Shown here: in pieces, positions 1 through 14,948 of the stretch | Layout of the letters: every line of letters begins with the position of its first letter | Numbering within the stretch: position 1 is the first letter of the stretch | DNA from: the human T2T-CHM13v2.0 reference genome, Homo sapiens | Assembly (NCBI RefSeq): GCF_009914755.1 | Contig: NC_060945.1 | Direction: 5' to 3' (one strand) | Length of the DNA stretch: 64,000 bases | The notes under the pieces: model-generated | Seen by the model: only the letters and a program-made list of their open reading frames with translations | Databases searched by the model: none | What the model was told of the DNA's origin: nothing | Made by a program: the position numbers and the translations under genes

Positions 1-3000
1 CATCTCACAGAGTTCAACCTTTCTTTTGATTGAGCAGTTTTCAACCACTCTTTTTGTAGAGTGTGCAAGTGGATATTTGGAGCACTTTGAGGCTTATGGT
101 GGGAAAGGAAATATCTTCACATAAAAACTACAGCGAAGCATTCTGACAAAGTTCTTTGTGTTGTGTGTGTTCAACTCACAGAGTTGAGTCTTTCTTTTGA
201 TTGAGCAGTTTTGAAACACACTTTTTTTAGAATCTGCAAGTGGATATTTCGAGTGCTTTGCAGCCTCTGTTGGAAAAGGAAATATCTTCACATAAACTAG
301 ACAGAAGCAATCTGAGAAACTTCTTTGTGATGTGTGCATTCATCTCACAGAGTTGAAACTTTCTTTTGATTGTGAAGTTTTCAAACACTCTTTTTGTAGA
401 ATCTGCAAGTGGATATTTGGAGGTCTTTGTGACCTACAGGGGAAAAAGAAATATCTTCACATAAAAACTAGACAGAAGCATTCTGAGAAACATCTTTGTG
501 ATATGTGCATTCATCTCACAGAGTTGAAATTTTCTTTTTATTGACCAGTTTTGAAACGCTCTTTTTGTACAGTCTGCAAGTGGATAATCATAGTGCTTTG
601 AGGCCTATGGTGGAAAATGAAATATTTTCACAATAAAATTAGACAGAAGCGTTCTGTGATACTTCTTTGTGATATGTGCATTCATCTCACAGAGTTGAAC
701 CATTCTTTTGATTGAGTAGTTTTGAAATACTCTTTTTGTAGAATCTGCAAGTGGATATTAGGAGCACTTTGTGGCCTATGGCGGAAAAGGAAATATCTTC
801 ACATAAAAACTAAAGAGAAGCATTCTTAGCTACTTTGTTTTGTGTGCATTCATCTCACAGAGTTAAACCATTCTTTTGATAGAGCAGTTTTGAATGTCTC
901 TTTTTGTAGAATCTGCAAATGGATATTGGGAGCGCTTTGAGGCCTATGGTGGAAAAGGAAATATCTTCACATAAAAACTACAGAGAAGCATTCTGAGAAA
1001 CTTCTTTGTGATGTGTGCATTCAATTCACAGTGTTCAACCTTTCTTTTGATTGAGCAGTTTTGAAACACTCTTTTTGTAAAATCTGCCAGTGGATATTTG
1101 GAGCGCTTTGAGGCCTATACTGGAAAAGGAAATATCTTCACATAAAGAGTAGACAGAAGCATTCTGAGAAACTTCTTTGTGACGTGTGCATTCACCTCAC
1201 AGAATGGAACCCTTCTTTTGATAGAGCAGTTTTGAAGGACTCCTTTTGTGGAACCTGCAATTGGATATTTGGAGTGCTATGTGACCTTAAGTGGAAAAGG
1301 CAATATCTTCACATAAAAACTAGACAGAAGCATTCTGAGACATTTCTTTGTGATGTGTGCATTCATCTCTCAGAGTTGAAGCTTTCTTTTGATTGAGAAG
1401 TTTTGAAACACTCTTTTTGTATAATCTGCAAGTGGATATTTGGAGCACTTTGCGTTCTATAGTGGAAAAGGAAATATCTTCACATACATATTTGTCAGAA
1501 GCATTCTGAGAAACTTCTTCTTCATGTGTGCATTCATCTAACAGAGTTGAATCTTTCTTTAGATTGAGCAGTTTTGAAACACTCTTTTTGTAGTATCTGC
1601 AAAGGGATACCTGGAGAGGTTTGAGGTCTATGGTGTAAAAGGAAATATCTTCACCTAAAAACTAGAGAGAAGCATTCTGAAAAACTTCTTTGTGGTGTGT
1701 GCATTCATATCACTGTCTTGATCCATTCTTTTGACTGAACAGTTTTGAAACACTCTTTGTGTAGAATCTGCAAGTGGATATTTGGAGCCCTTTGGGGCCT
1801 ATTGTGGAAAAGGAAATGTCTTCAAATAAAGACTAGACAGAAGCATACTGAGAAACTTCTTTGTGATGTGTGCCTTCATCTCACTGAGCTGAAACTTTCT
1901 TTTGATTGAGCAGTTTTGAAACACTGTTTTTATAGAGTGTGCTAGTGGATATTTGGAGCGCTCTGATGCTTATGGTGGAAAAGCAAACATCTTCACATAA
2001 AAACTACAGAGAAGCATTCTGACAAAGTTCTTTGTGCTGTGTGCGTTCAACTCACAGAGTTGAAACTTTCTTTGATTGAGCAGTTCTGAAACACTCTTTC
2101 TGTAGAATCTGCAAGTGAATATTTGGAGCACTGTATGGCCTCTGGTGAAAAAGGAAATATCTTCACATAAAATCTAGACAGAAGCATTCTGAGAAATTTC
2201 TTCATGATGCGTGCTTTCATCTCACAGAGTTGAACCTTTCTTTTGATTGAGCAGTTTTGAAACACTCTTTTTGTAGAGTCTGCAAGTGGATATGTGGATC
2301 ACTTTGAGGCCATGATAGAAAAGGAAATATCTTCACATAAGAACTAGACAGAATCATTCTAAGATACTTCTTTGTGATGTGTACATTCAACTCACAGAGT
2401 TGAACATTTCTTTTGATTGAGCAGTTTTGAAACACTCTTTTTGTAGAATCAGCAGTTGGATATTTAGAGCGCTTTGAGGCCTATGGTGGAAAAAGAAATA
2501 TCTTCACATAAAAACTAGACAGAAGCATTCTGAGAAACTTTTTTGTGATGTGTGCATTCAACTCACCAAGTTGAACATGTCTTTTTATTGAGCAGTTTGG
2601 ATACATTCTTTTCGTACCATCTTCAAATTTGTATTTGGACAGCTTTGAGGCCTAAAGTGGAAAAGGAAATATCTGCACATAAAAACTAGACAGAAGCATT
2701 TGGAAAAACTTCTTTGTGATGCGTGCATTCATCTCACAGAGTTGAACCATTCTTTTCATTGAGCAGTTTTGAAGCACTCTTTGTAGAATCTGCAAGTGGA
2801 TATTTCGATCTCTTTGAGGCATACAGTGGAAAAGAATATATCTTCCCTTAAAAACTAGCCAGAAGCATTCTGAGAAAGTTCTTTGTGATGCGTGTATTCA
2901 ACTCACAGAGTTCAACCTTTATTCTGATTGGGCAGTTTTGAAACACACTTTTTGTAGAATCTGCAATTGGATATTTGGATCGCTTTGCAGCCTCTTGTGG

Positions 3001-3365
3001 AAAAGGAAATATCTTCATATAAAAACTACAGGGAATCATTTTGAGAAACTTCTTTGTGATGTGTGCTTTCAGCTCGCAGAGTTGAAACTTTCTTTTGATT
3101 GTGAAGTTTTGAAACACTCTTTTTGTAGAATCTGCAAGTGGATATTTAGAGTGCTTTGACGCCTATGGTGGAAAAGGAAATATCTGCACATGAAAACTAG
3201 AGAGAAGCATGCTGAGAAACTTCTTTGTGTTGTGTGCATTCATCTCACAGAGTTGAACTTACTTTTTGTTGAGCAGTTTGGAAACACTCTTTTTGTAGAG
3301 TCTGTCATTGGATATTTGGAGCGCTGTGAATCCTATGGTGGAAAAGGACATATCTTCACATAAGA
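1..3365 (+). repeat. Monomeric alpha satellite, 171-bp type (younger-looking monomeric layer)
   Basis: Tandem ~171-bp units (GAAGCATTCTGA register at 135, 304, 475, 646...) with CATCTCACAGAGTTGAAC, GCAGTTTTGAAACACTC, AATCTGCAAGTGGATATTTGGAGC; neighbours clearly diverged; no homogeneous HOR. Confidence 0.97.
944..960 (+). promoter_or_regulatory. pJalpha (A-box) motif, representative; variants occur in most alpha monomers of the window
   Basis: CTATGGTGGAAAAGGAA at the box A/B position; no CENP-B box (YTTCGTTGGAARCGGGA) seen by eye in any monomer. Confidence 0.8.
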
Positions 3366-6300
3366 ACTATAAAGCAGGTTTTCTAAAAACAACCTTGTAA
3401 TGTGTGCATTCATCTCACAGAGGTAAGTGTTTCTTTTCTCCTATCAGTCTGGAAACTCTGTTCTTGTACAATCTCAAAGGGGGTATTTTTGAGCACTTTG
3501 AGGCCTATTGTGACAAAGGAAATATCTTCACATTCAAAGTATAAAGAAAGTTTCTGAGATACTTCTTTGTGATATGTGTATTCATCTCACAGATTTGAAC
3601 GTCTCTTTTAATTTAGCCCTTTGGAAACAGTCTTTTTGAAGAATCTGCAAACGGATATATGTGAGCACTTTGAGGCCTATGCAGGAAAAGAAGTATCTTC
3701 ACAGAAAACTATAAAGTAGGTTTCTGAGAAACTGTTTTTTGATGTCTGCATTCATTTCACAGAGGTAAACAATTATTTTCTTTGATCAGTTGGGAAACTC
3801 TGTTCTTGTAGGATCTGCTAAGGGACATGTTTGAGTGCCTAGAGCCCTATTGTGAAAAAGATATTGTCTTCACATAAAAACTAGACAGAATTCTACTGAG
3901 AAACTGCTTGGTGATGTGCGCATTCATCTCACAGAATTGTAACTTTCCTTTGATTAATCAGTTTAGAAACGTCTTTTTGTGGAATCGGTAAAGGGATATT
4001 TCTGATCACTTTGAGGCCTATGGTGAAACAGAAAGTATCTTCACATAAAAACTAGACTAAAGATTTCTGAGAAACTGCTTTGTGATGTATGCATTCATCT
4101 CACAGAGTTCAACAATTCTTTTGATGGAGCAGTTGGGAAACCACCTTTTTGTAGAATCTGCAAAGGGATATTTGTGAGCACTTTGAGGTCTATGGTTAAA
4201 AGGAAATATCTTCACATAAAAACTATAAAGAAGGTTTGTGAGAAACTTCTTTATGATGTGTGCATTCATCTCACAGAGTTGAACCATTCCTTTGACTCAG
4301 TGGTTTGGAAACAGTCTTTTTTAGGATCTGCAAAGGGATATTTTTGAGCATTTTAAGGCCCATGGTGAAAAAGGAAACACTTTGACATAAAAACAAGATA
4401 GAAGCTTTCTGAGAATCATCTTTTTGATATTTGCATTTATCCCACAGAGGTGAACCTTTCTTTTGGTGAGCATTTTGGAAGCAGTTTTTGGTAGAATTTC
4501 CAAAGGGTTATTAGTTAGTGTTTTGTGTCCTAAGTTGGAAAATGAATTTTTTTACATAAAAACTAGACAGAATAATTCTGAGAAACTGCCTTGTGATGTG
4601 TGCTTTCATCTCACAGAGGTAACCATTTCTTTTCATTGAACAGATTGGAAATTCTGTTCTTGTAAAATCTGCAAAGAGATACTTGTCAGCACTTTGAGGC
4701 CTATGGTTAAAAGGGAATTATCTTCACATAAAAACTAGACGGAAGCTTTCTGTGAAACATCTTGGAGATATGAGAATTCATCTCACAGAGTTGAAACATT
4801 CTTTTGATTGGGCAGTTTGTAAACAGTGTTTTGGTAGAATCTGCAAATTGATATTTGTGATGCTTTGAAGCCTATGGTGAAAACGAAATATTTTCACATG
4901 AAAACTAGAGAGAAGCTTTCTGAGAAACCTCCTTGTGATGTGTGCATTCATCTCACAGATTTGAAACTTTCTTTGTATTGAGCAATTTGGAAACAGTATT
5001 TTTGTAGAATCTGTAAGGGCATATTTTTGAGTGGTATGAGGCCTATGATGAAATAGGAAATATCTTCACATAAAAACTAGACAGAAACTTTCCGAGAAAC
5101 TTCTTTGTGATGTGTACATTCATCTCATAGAGTTCAACCATTCTTTTGATTGAACAGTTTGGAAACAGTCTTTTTGTAGAATCTGCAAAGGGATATTTAT
5201 GAGTGCTTTGAGGCCTATGGTTAAAAAGGAAATGTATTCACATAAAAAGTATAAACAAGGTTTCTCAGAAACAGCTTTATGATGTATGCATTCATCTCAC
5301 AGAAGTAAACGTTTCTTTTCTCTGATCTGTCTGGAAACTGTTCTTGTAGATTCTGCAAAGGGATAATTGTGAGTGCTTTGAGGCCTATGGTGATAAAGGA
5401 AATATCTTCACATAAAAATTAGAGAGAGGCTTTCTGAGAAACCTCTTTGTGATGTGGACATTCATCTCACAAAGTTGAAACTTACTTTTGATTGAGCAGT
5501 ATGGAAACTGTCTGTTTGTGGAATCTGCAAAGGGATATTTATGAGAGCTTTGAGGCCAATGGTGAAAAAGGAAATATATTCATATAAAAGGTATAAAGAA
5601 GGTTTCTTAGAAACAGCTTTGTGGTGTGTGCATTGATCTCAGAGAGGTAAACGTTTATTTTCTGTGATCAGTCGGAAAACTCTGTTCTTGCAGAATCTGC
5701 AAAGGGATATTTGTGAGTGCTTTGAGGCCTATGGTGAAAAAGAAACTATCTTCACATAAAAAACTAGACAGAAGCTTTCTTAGTGGCTTCTTTGTGATGT
5801 GTGCAATCATCTCACAGAGTTGAACCATTCTTTTCATTGAGCAGTCTGGAAAGAGTGTTTTTATAGAATCTGCAAGGGATATTTGTCACTACTTGGACTG
5901 CTATGGTGAAAAAGGAAATATCTTCACATAAAAAATGGACAGAAGATTTCTGAGAAACCTCTTTGAGATGTGTGCATCCATCTCACAGAGTTCAACCATT
6001 TATTTGATTGAGCAGTTGGGAAGCAGTCTTTTTGCAGAATCTACAAAGGGATATTCCTGAGCACTTTGAGGCCTGTGGTGGAAAAGGAAATATCTTCACA
6101 TAAAAACTAAAAAGAAGGTTTCTGAGAAACTTCTTTGTGATGTACGCATTCATCTCACAGAGTTGAACTATTCTTTTGATTGAGCACTTTGGAAACAATC
6201 TTTTTGTAGAATCTGCAAAGGGATATTTTTGAGCTCTTTGAGTCCTAGGGAGAAAAAAGAAATATCATCACATAAAAAGTATAAAGAAGGTTTCTGAGAA

Positions 6301-8242
6301 ACAGTTTTGTGATGTGTGCATTCATCTCACAGAGAAAAACGTTTGTTTTCTTTGATCAGTCTGGAAATTCTGTTCCTGTAGTATCTTCTAAGGGATAATT
6401 GTGAGCAGATGGAGGCCTATGGTGAAAAAGGAAATGTCTTCATATAAAAATTAGACAGAAGCCTCCTGCGAAACTTCTTAGTGATTTGTGGATTCATCTC
6501 AGAGTTGAAACTTTCTATTCATTGAGCCATTTGGAAACAGTCATTTTGTAGACTCTGCAAATGGATATTTGGAGCACTTTGAGGCCTATGGTGAAAAATG
6601 AAATATATTCACATAAAAACCAGACTGAAAGTTTCTGAGAAACTTCTTTGAGATGTGTGCATTCATCTCACAAAGTTCAATAATTCTTTTTATTGAGCGA
6701 TTTGGAACAATCTTTTTGTAGAATCTGCAAAGAGATATTTGTGAGGGCTTTGAGGCCTATGGTGAAAAATGAAATACCTTCACAGAAAAACTATAAGGAA
6801 GGTTTCTGAGAAACTTCTTTGTGATGTGTACATTCATCTCACACAGTTCAACCTTTCTTTTGATTGAGCAGTTTGGAAACAGTCTTTTTAAATATTCTTC
6901 AAGTGGATACTTGTGAGCACCTTGAGGCTCATGGGGATAAAGGAAACATTCACATAAAAAATTAATAGAAGCTTTCTGAGAAACCACTTTTTGACATGTG
7001 CATTCATCTCACAGAGTTGAACCTTTGTTTTTATTGAGCCGTTTGGAAACAGTCTTTTTGTAGACTCTGCAAATGGATATTTGGAGCACTTTGAGGCCTA
7101 TCATGAAAAAGGAAACATATTCACATAAAAACTACACTGAAGGATTCTGAGAAACTTCTTTGAGCTGTGTGCATTCATCTGACAGTGTTCAATAATTCTT
7201 TTTATTGAGCGGTTTGGAAACAGTCTTTTTGTAGAATCTGCAAAGGGATATTTGTGAGGTCTTTGAGGCCTATGTTGAAAAATGAAATATCTTCACAGAT
7301 AAACCATAAAGAAAGTTTCTGAGAAACTTCTTTGGATGTGTGCATTCATCACACAGAGTTGAAATATTCTTTTGATTGAGGAGTTTCCAAACAGTCTTTT
7401 TGTAGAATCTGCAGAGGGATATTTGTAGCACTTTGAGGCCTATGGTGAATAAGGAAATATATTCACATAAAAACTAGACAAAAGTTTTCCGAGAAACTTT
7501 TTTTGATGTGTGCATTTATCTCGTAGAGTTTAACATTTGTTTTGATTGAGCAGTTTGGAAACAGTCTTTTTGTAGAATCTGCAAAGGGATATTTAGGAGC
7601 AAGTTGAGGCCTATGGTGGAAAAGGAAATATCTTCACATAAAAACTAGAAAGAAGCATTCTGAGTAGCTGCTTTAAGATATGTGTACTCATCTCACAGAT
7701 GTAAACATTTCTTTTCATTGAGCAGTTTGTAAACTCTGTTATTCTAGAGTCTGCAAGGGATATTTTTGAATGCTTTGAGACCCACGTTGAAAAAGGAAGA
7801 ATCTTCACATAAAAACTAGTGAGAAGCTTGCTGAGAAACTACTTTCTGATGTGTTCAGTCATCTAACAGAGTTGAAACTTTCTTTTGATTGAGCAGTTTG
7901 GAAACAGTCTTTTTGTAGACTCTGCAAAGGTATATTTGGGAGTGCATTGAGGCCTATGTTCAGAAAGGAAATATCTTCAAATAAAACTCAGAAGGAAGTT
8001 TTCTGAGAAACTTCTTTGTGATGTACACATTCGTCTCACAGGGTTGAACCATTCTGTTTATTGAGCAGTTTGGAAACAATCTTTTTGTAGAATCTGCAAA
8101 GGGATATCTGTGAGTGCATTGAGGCATATGGTGAAAAAGGAAATCTCTTCACATTAAAAGTAGAAAGAAGTTTTCTGAGTAACTCATTTGTGACATGTGC
8201 ATTTATCACACAGAAGTAAAAATTTCTTCCCATTAAGCAGTT
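3366..8242 (+). repeat. Monomeric alpha satellite, older type (mostly with one extra base, ~172 bp)
   Basis: Diagnostics switch to AATCTGCAAAGGGATATTTGTGAGC, GCAGTTTGGAAACAGTC, GAAG(C/G)TTTCTGAG; a recurrent variant monomer carries GAGGTAAAC...GATCAGT..GGAAACTCTGTTCTTG. Confidence 0.93.
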
Positions 8243-10457
8243 AGTTTTTATGTGAAGATATTTCCGTTTTCACCATAGACCTCAAACCGCCTACATATAT
8301 CCCTTTGCAGATTCTACAAAAAGAGTGTTTCCAAACTACTCAATCAAAGAAAGCTTCCACTCTGTGAGATGAATGCACACATCACAGAGAAGTTTCTCAG
8401 AAAGTTTCTGTCTAGTTTTTATTTGTTGATACTCCCTTTTTCACCATAGGCCTCAAACCGCTCATTAATAACCCTTTGCAGATTCTACAAAAAGACTGTT
8501 TCCAAACTACTCAATCAAAAGAAAGCTTCAACTCTGTGAGGTGAATGCACACATCACAAAGAAGTTTCTCAGAAAGCTTCTGTCTAGTTTTTATTTGAAG
8601 TTGTTTCCTTTTTCAATATAGGCCTCAAAGTGCTCACAAATGTCCCTTTACAGATTTTACAAAAAGACTGTTACCAAACTGCTCAACTGAAACAAAGCTT
8701 CAACTCTTTGAGATGAATGCACACATCACAAAGAAGTTTCTCAGAAAGCTTCCGTCCAGTTTTTATGTGAAGATATTTCCTTTTTCACCATAAGTCTCAA
8801 AGCATTCAAATTATCACTTTGCAGATTCCACAAAAAGACATTTTCCAACCTGCTCTATCTAAAGAAAGGTTTAACTCTGTGAGAAGAATGCACACATCAA
8901 AAATAAGTTTCTCAGAATGCTTCTGTCTAGTTTGTATCTGAAGACATTTCCTTTTTCACCATAGGCCAAAAAGGGATCCCAAATATCCCTTTGTACATTC
9001 TACAAAGGACCGTTTCCAAACTGCTCAATCCAAAGACAGGTTCAACTTTTGGGATGAATGCACACATCACAACGAAGTTTCTCAGAAAGCTTCTGTCTCG
9101 TTTTTGTGTGAAGATATTACTTTTTTCACCATAGGCTTCAAAGAGCTCACAAATATCGCAAAGCAGATTCTACAAAAAAACTCTATCCAAACTGGTCAAG
9201 GAAAAGAACACTTCAAATCTGTGAGATGAATGTGCACATCTCAAATAATTTTCTCAGAAAGCTTCTGTCTAGTTGTTATGTGAAGATATTTCCGTTTTCA
9301 CCATAGACCTGAAACCGCCTATATATAACCCTTTGCAGATTCTACAAAAAGACTGTTTCCAAATGGCTCAATCAAAGGAAGCTTCTACTCTGTGAGATGA
9401 ATGCACATATCAGAGAGAAGTTTCTCAGAAAGTTTCTGTCTAGTTTTTATTTGTTGATACTCCCTTTTTCACCATAGGCCTCAAACAGCTCATAAATAAC
9501 CCTTTGCAGATTCTACAATAGGACTGTTTCCAAACTGCTCAATCAAATGAAAGTTCAGCTGTGTGAGATGAATGCACACATGAAGAAGAAGTTTCTCAGA
9601 ATGTTTCTGTCTAGTTTTTATGTGAAGACACTTCTTTTTCACCATAAGCCTGAAAGTGTTCCCAAATTTTCCTTTGCAGATTCTATGAAAAGACTGTTTC
9701 CAAACTGCTCAATCAAAAGAAAGGTTCAATTCTGTGTGATGAATGCACACATCACAACGAAGTTTCTCAGAAGGCTTCTGTCTAGATTTTATTTGTGGAT
9801 ATTTCCTTTTTCACAATAGGCCTCAGAAAGCTCACAAATATCACTTTGCATATTCTACAAAAAGGCTGTTTCCAATCTGCTCAATGAAAGAAAATTAAAC
9901 TCTGTGAGATGAATGCATGCATCGCAAAGTGGTTTCTTAGAATGCTTCTGTCTAGTTTTTATATGAAGATATTTCCTTTTTCATCACATGCCTCAAAACA
10001 CTCAAAAACATCCATTTGCAGATTCTCCAAAAAGACTGTTTCCAAACTGCTCAATCAAAAGAAAGATTCAAGTCTTTGAGATGCATACACCCATCACAAA
10101 GAAGTTTCCCAGAAAACATGAGTCTAGTTTTTATATGAAGATATTTCCTTTTTCACCATAAGCATCAAAGCATTCACAAATATCACTTTGCAGGTTCTAC
10201 GAAAAGACTGTTTCCAAACTGGTGAATCAAAAGAAAGTTTCAACTCTGTGAGATGAATGCACACATCACAAAGAAGTTCTTCAGAAAGCTGCTGTCTACA
10301 TTTTATTTTTCGATATGTCCTTTTTCACCATTGGATTCAAAGCACTGAAACATATCACTTCGCAGATTCTACAAAAAGACTGTTTCCAAACTGCTCAATC
10401 AAAAGAAAGGTTCAACTCTGTGAGATGAATGCACACATCACAAAGAAGTTTCTCAGA
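8243..10457 (-). repeat. Monomeric alpha satellite, older type, inverted orientation
   Basis: Reverse-complement monomers (AGTTTTTATGTGAAGATATTTCC...CAAATATCCCTTTGCAGATTCTAC) begin abruptly after ...CATTAAGCAGTT at 8242. Confidence 0.95.
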
Positions 10458-12033
<1,576 letters not shown>

Positions 12034-12489
12034 GAATGTACACATCACAAAGAAGTTTCTCAGAAAGTTTCTTTCTAGTTTTTATGTGAAGATATTTCCT
12101 TTTTCACCATAGTCCACAAGGTGCACCAAATATCTTTTGCAGATTGTACAAAAAGATTTTTTCCAAACTGCTCAATCAAAAGAAAGGTTCAACTCTGTGA
12201 GATGAAATCACAAATCACAAAGAAGTTACTCAGAATGCCTCCGTCTAGTTTTTAAGTGAAGGTATTTCCTGTTACACCATAGACCTCAAAGGGCTCACAA
12301 ATATCCTTTTGCAGATTCTACAAAAAGACTGTTATAGAACTGCTCAATGAAAAGTAAGTTTCAACTCTGTGAGATGAATTCACACCTAAAAAAGAAGTTT
12401 CTTAGAATGCTTCTGTCTAGTTTTTATGTGAAGATATTTCTTTGTCACCATAGGCCTCAAACCACTAAGAAATATCCCTATGCAGCTGT

Positions 12490-13515
12490 TACAAAAAGAC
12501 TGTTTCCAAACTGCTCAATGAAAAGAAAGATTCTACTTTGTGAGATGAAAACACACATCACAAAGAATTTTCTCAGAAAGTTTTTAGCTAGCTTATATGT
12601 GAAGATATTTCCTCTTTCAGCATAGGCCTCAATGGGCTCAAAAATATCTCTTTTCAGATACTACAAAAGGCCTCGTTCCAAACTGCTCAATCAGAAGAAA
12701 GTTTCAACTCTGTGAGATGAAAGTACACATCACAAGTAAGTTTCTCAGAATATTTTTCTAGTTTTTATGTGAAGATATTTCCTATTTCACCATAAGCCAT
12801 AAAAGTCTCACAAATATCCCTTTGCAGACTCTACAAAAAGCCTGTTTCCAAACAGCTCAATCAAAACAAAGTTTCAACTCTGTGAGATGAATGGACATAT
12901 CACAAAGAAGTTTCTCAGAAGGCTTCTGCCTAGTTTTTATGTGAAGATATGACTTTTTCACCATAGGCCTCAAACTGCTAAGAAATATCCCTTTGCAGAT
13001 TGTACAAAAAGACTGTTTCCAAACTGCTCAATGAAAAGAAAGATTCTACTTTGTGAGATGAAAACACACATCACAAAGAATTTTCTCAGAAAGTTTTTAG
13101 CTAGCTTATATGTGAAGATATTTCCTCTTTCAGCATAGGCCTCAATGGGCTCAAAAATATCTCTTTTCAGATACTACAAAAGGCCTCGTTCCAAACTGCT
13201 CATTCAGAAGAAAGTTTCAACTCTGTGAGATGAAAGTACACATCACAAGTAAGTTTCTCAGAATATTTTTCTAGTTTTTATGTGAAGATATTTCCTATTT
13301 CACCATAAGCCATAAAAGTCTCACAAATATCCCTTTGCAGACTCTACAAAAAGCCTGTTTCCAAACAGCTCAATCAAAACAAAGTTTCAACTCTATGAGA
13401 TGAATGGACATATCACAAAGAAGTTTCTCAGAAGGCTTCTGCCTAGTTTTTATGTGAAGATATGACTTTTTCACCATAGGCCTCAAACTGCTAAGAAATA
13501 TCCCTTTGCAGATTG
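12490..13515. repeat. Near-perfect 513-bp (3-monomer) tandem duplication
   Basis: 12490-13002 repeated at 13003-13515, including private variants (GATTCTACTTTG, TTTTTAGCTAGCTTATATG, GGCCTCGTTCC); about 2 mismatches seen. Confidence 0.93.
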
Positions 13516-14852
13516 TACAAAAAGACTGTTTCCAAATTGCTCAATGAAAAGACAGGCTCAACTCTGTGAGATGAATGTGCATATCGTAAAGAAGTTTCTC
13601 AGAATGCCTCTGTCTAGTTTTTATGTGAAGATATTTCGTTTTTCAGCATAGGCCTTAAATGGCTCCCAAATATCCCTCTGCAGATACTACAAAAAGACTA
13701 CTTGAAAACTGTTCAATCAAAGGAATGCTTCATCTCTGTGAAATGAATGCACATATCACAAAGAAGTTTCTCAGAATGCTTCTGTCTAGTTTTTATGTGA
13801 AGATATTTCCTTTTTCACCACAGGCCTCAAAATGCTCCAAATATCCATTTGCAGATTCTACAAAAAGACTGTTTCCAAACAGCTACATGAAGAGAAAGGT
13901 TCAATTCTGTGAGATAAATGCACACATGGAAAAGAAGTTTCTCAGAATGCTTCTGTCTGGTTTTTATCTGACATAATTATTTTTCACCATAGGCCTCAAA
14001 CCGTTCAAAAATATCCCTTTGCATATTGTACAAAAAGACTGTTTCTAAACTGTCAAATGCAAAGAAAGGTTCAACTCTGTGAGATGAAACCACACATCAC
14101 AAAGAAGTTCTTCATAATGCTTCTGTCTGGTTTTTATGTGAAGATATTTCATATTTCACCATAGGCCTCAAAGAGCTCACAAATATCCCTTTGCAGACTC
14201 TACAAAAAGACTGTTTTCGAACTGCTCCATGCAAAGAAAGGTTCAACTCTGTGAGACGAATGCACACATAAAAAAGAAGTTTCTCAGAATGCTTCTGTCT
14301 AGTTTTTTTGTGAAGATATTTCTTTTTCACCATAGGCATCAAACCATTCAGAAATATCCCTTTGTAGATTGTACAAAAATACTGTTTCCAAACTGTTCAA
14401 TCAACAGAAAGGCTCAAACCTGTGAGATGAAAGCACACATCACAAAGAAGTTTCTCAGAATGCTTCTGTCTAGTTTTTATGGGAGGATATTTCTTTTTCA
14501 CCATAGGACGCAAACCCCTCAGAAATATCCCTTTGCAGATTGTAGATAAAGAATGTTTCCTAACTGCTCAATCAAAAGAACAGTTAAAGTCTGTGAGATG
14601 AAAGCACACATCACAAAGAAGTTTCTCAGAAATCTTCTGTCTAGTTTTTATGTGAAGATATTTCCCTTCTAACGATAGGCCTCAAAGAAATCCAAATATC
14701 GATTTGCAGATTCTACAAAATAGTGTTTCCAAACTGCTCAATCAAAAGAAATTTTCAACTCTGTGAGATGAAAACACACATCACAAAGAAGTTCTTCAGA
14801 AAGTTTCTCACTAGATTTTATGTGAAGATATTTAGTTTTTCACCACAAGCCA

Positions 14853-14948
14853 CAAAGTGCTCCAAATATCCATTTGCAGATACTTCAAAAAGAGTTTTTC
14901 CAAAGTGCTCCAAATATCCATTTGCAGATACTTCAAAAAGAGTTTTTC
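14853..14948. repeat. Perfect 48-bp intra-monomer tandem duplication
   Basis: CAAAGTGCTCCAAATATCCATTTGCAGATACTTCAAAAAGAGTTTTTC at 14853-14900 and 14901-14948. Confidence 0.95.
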
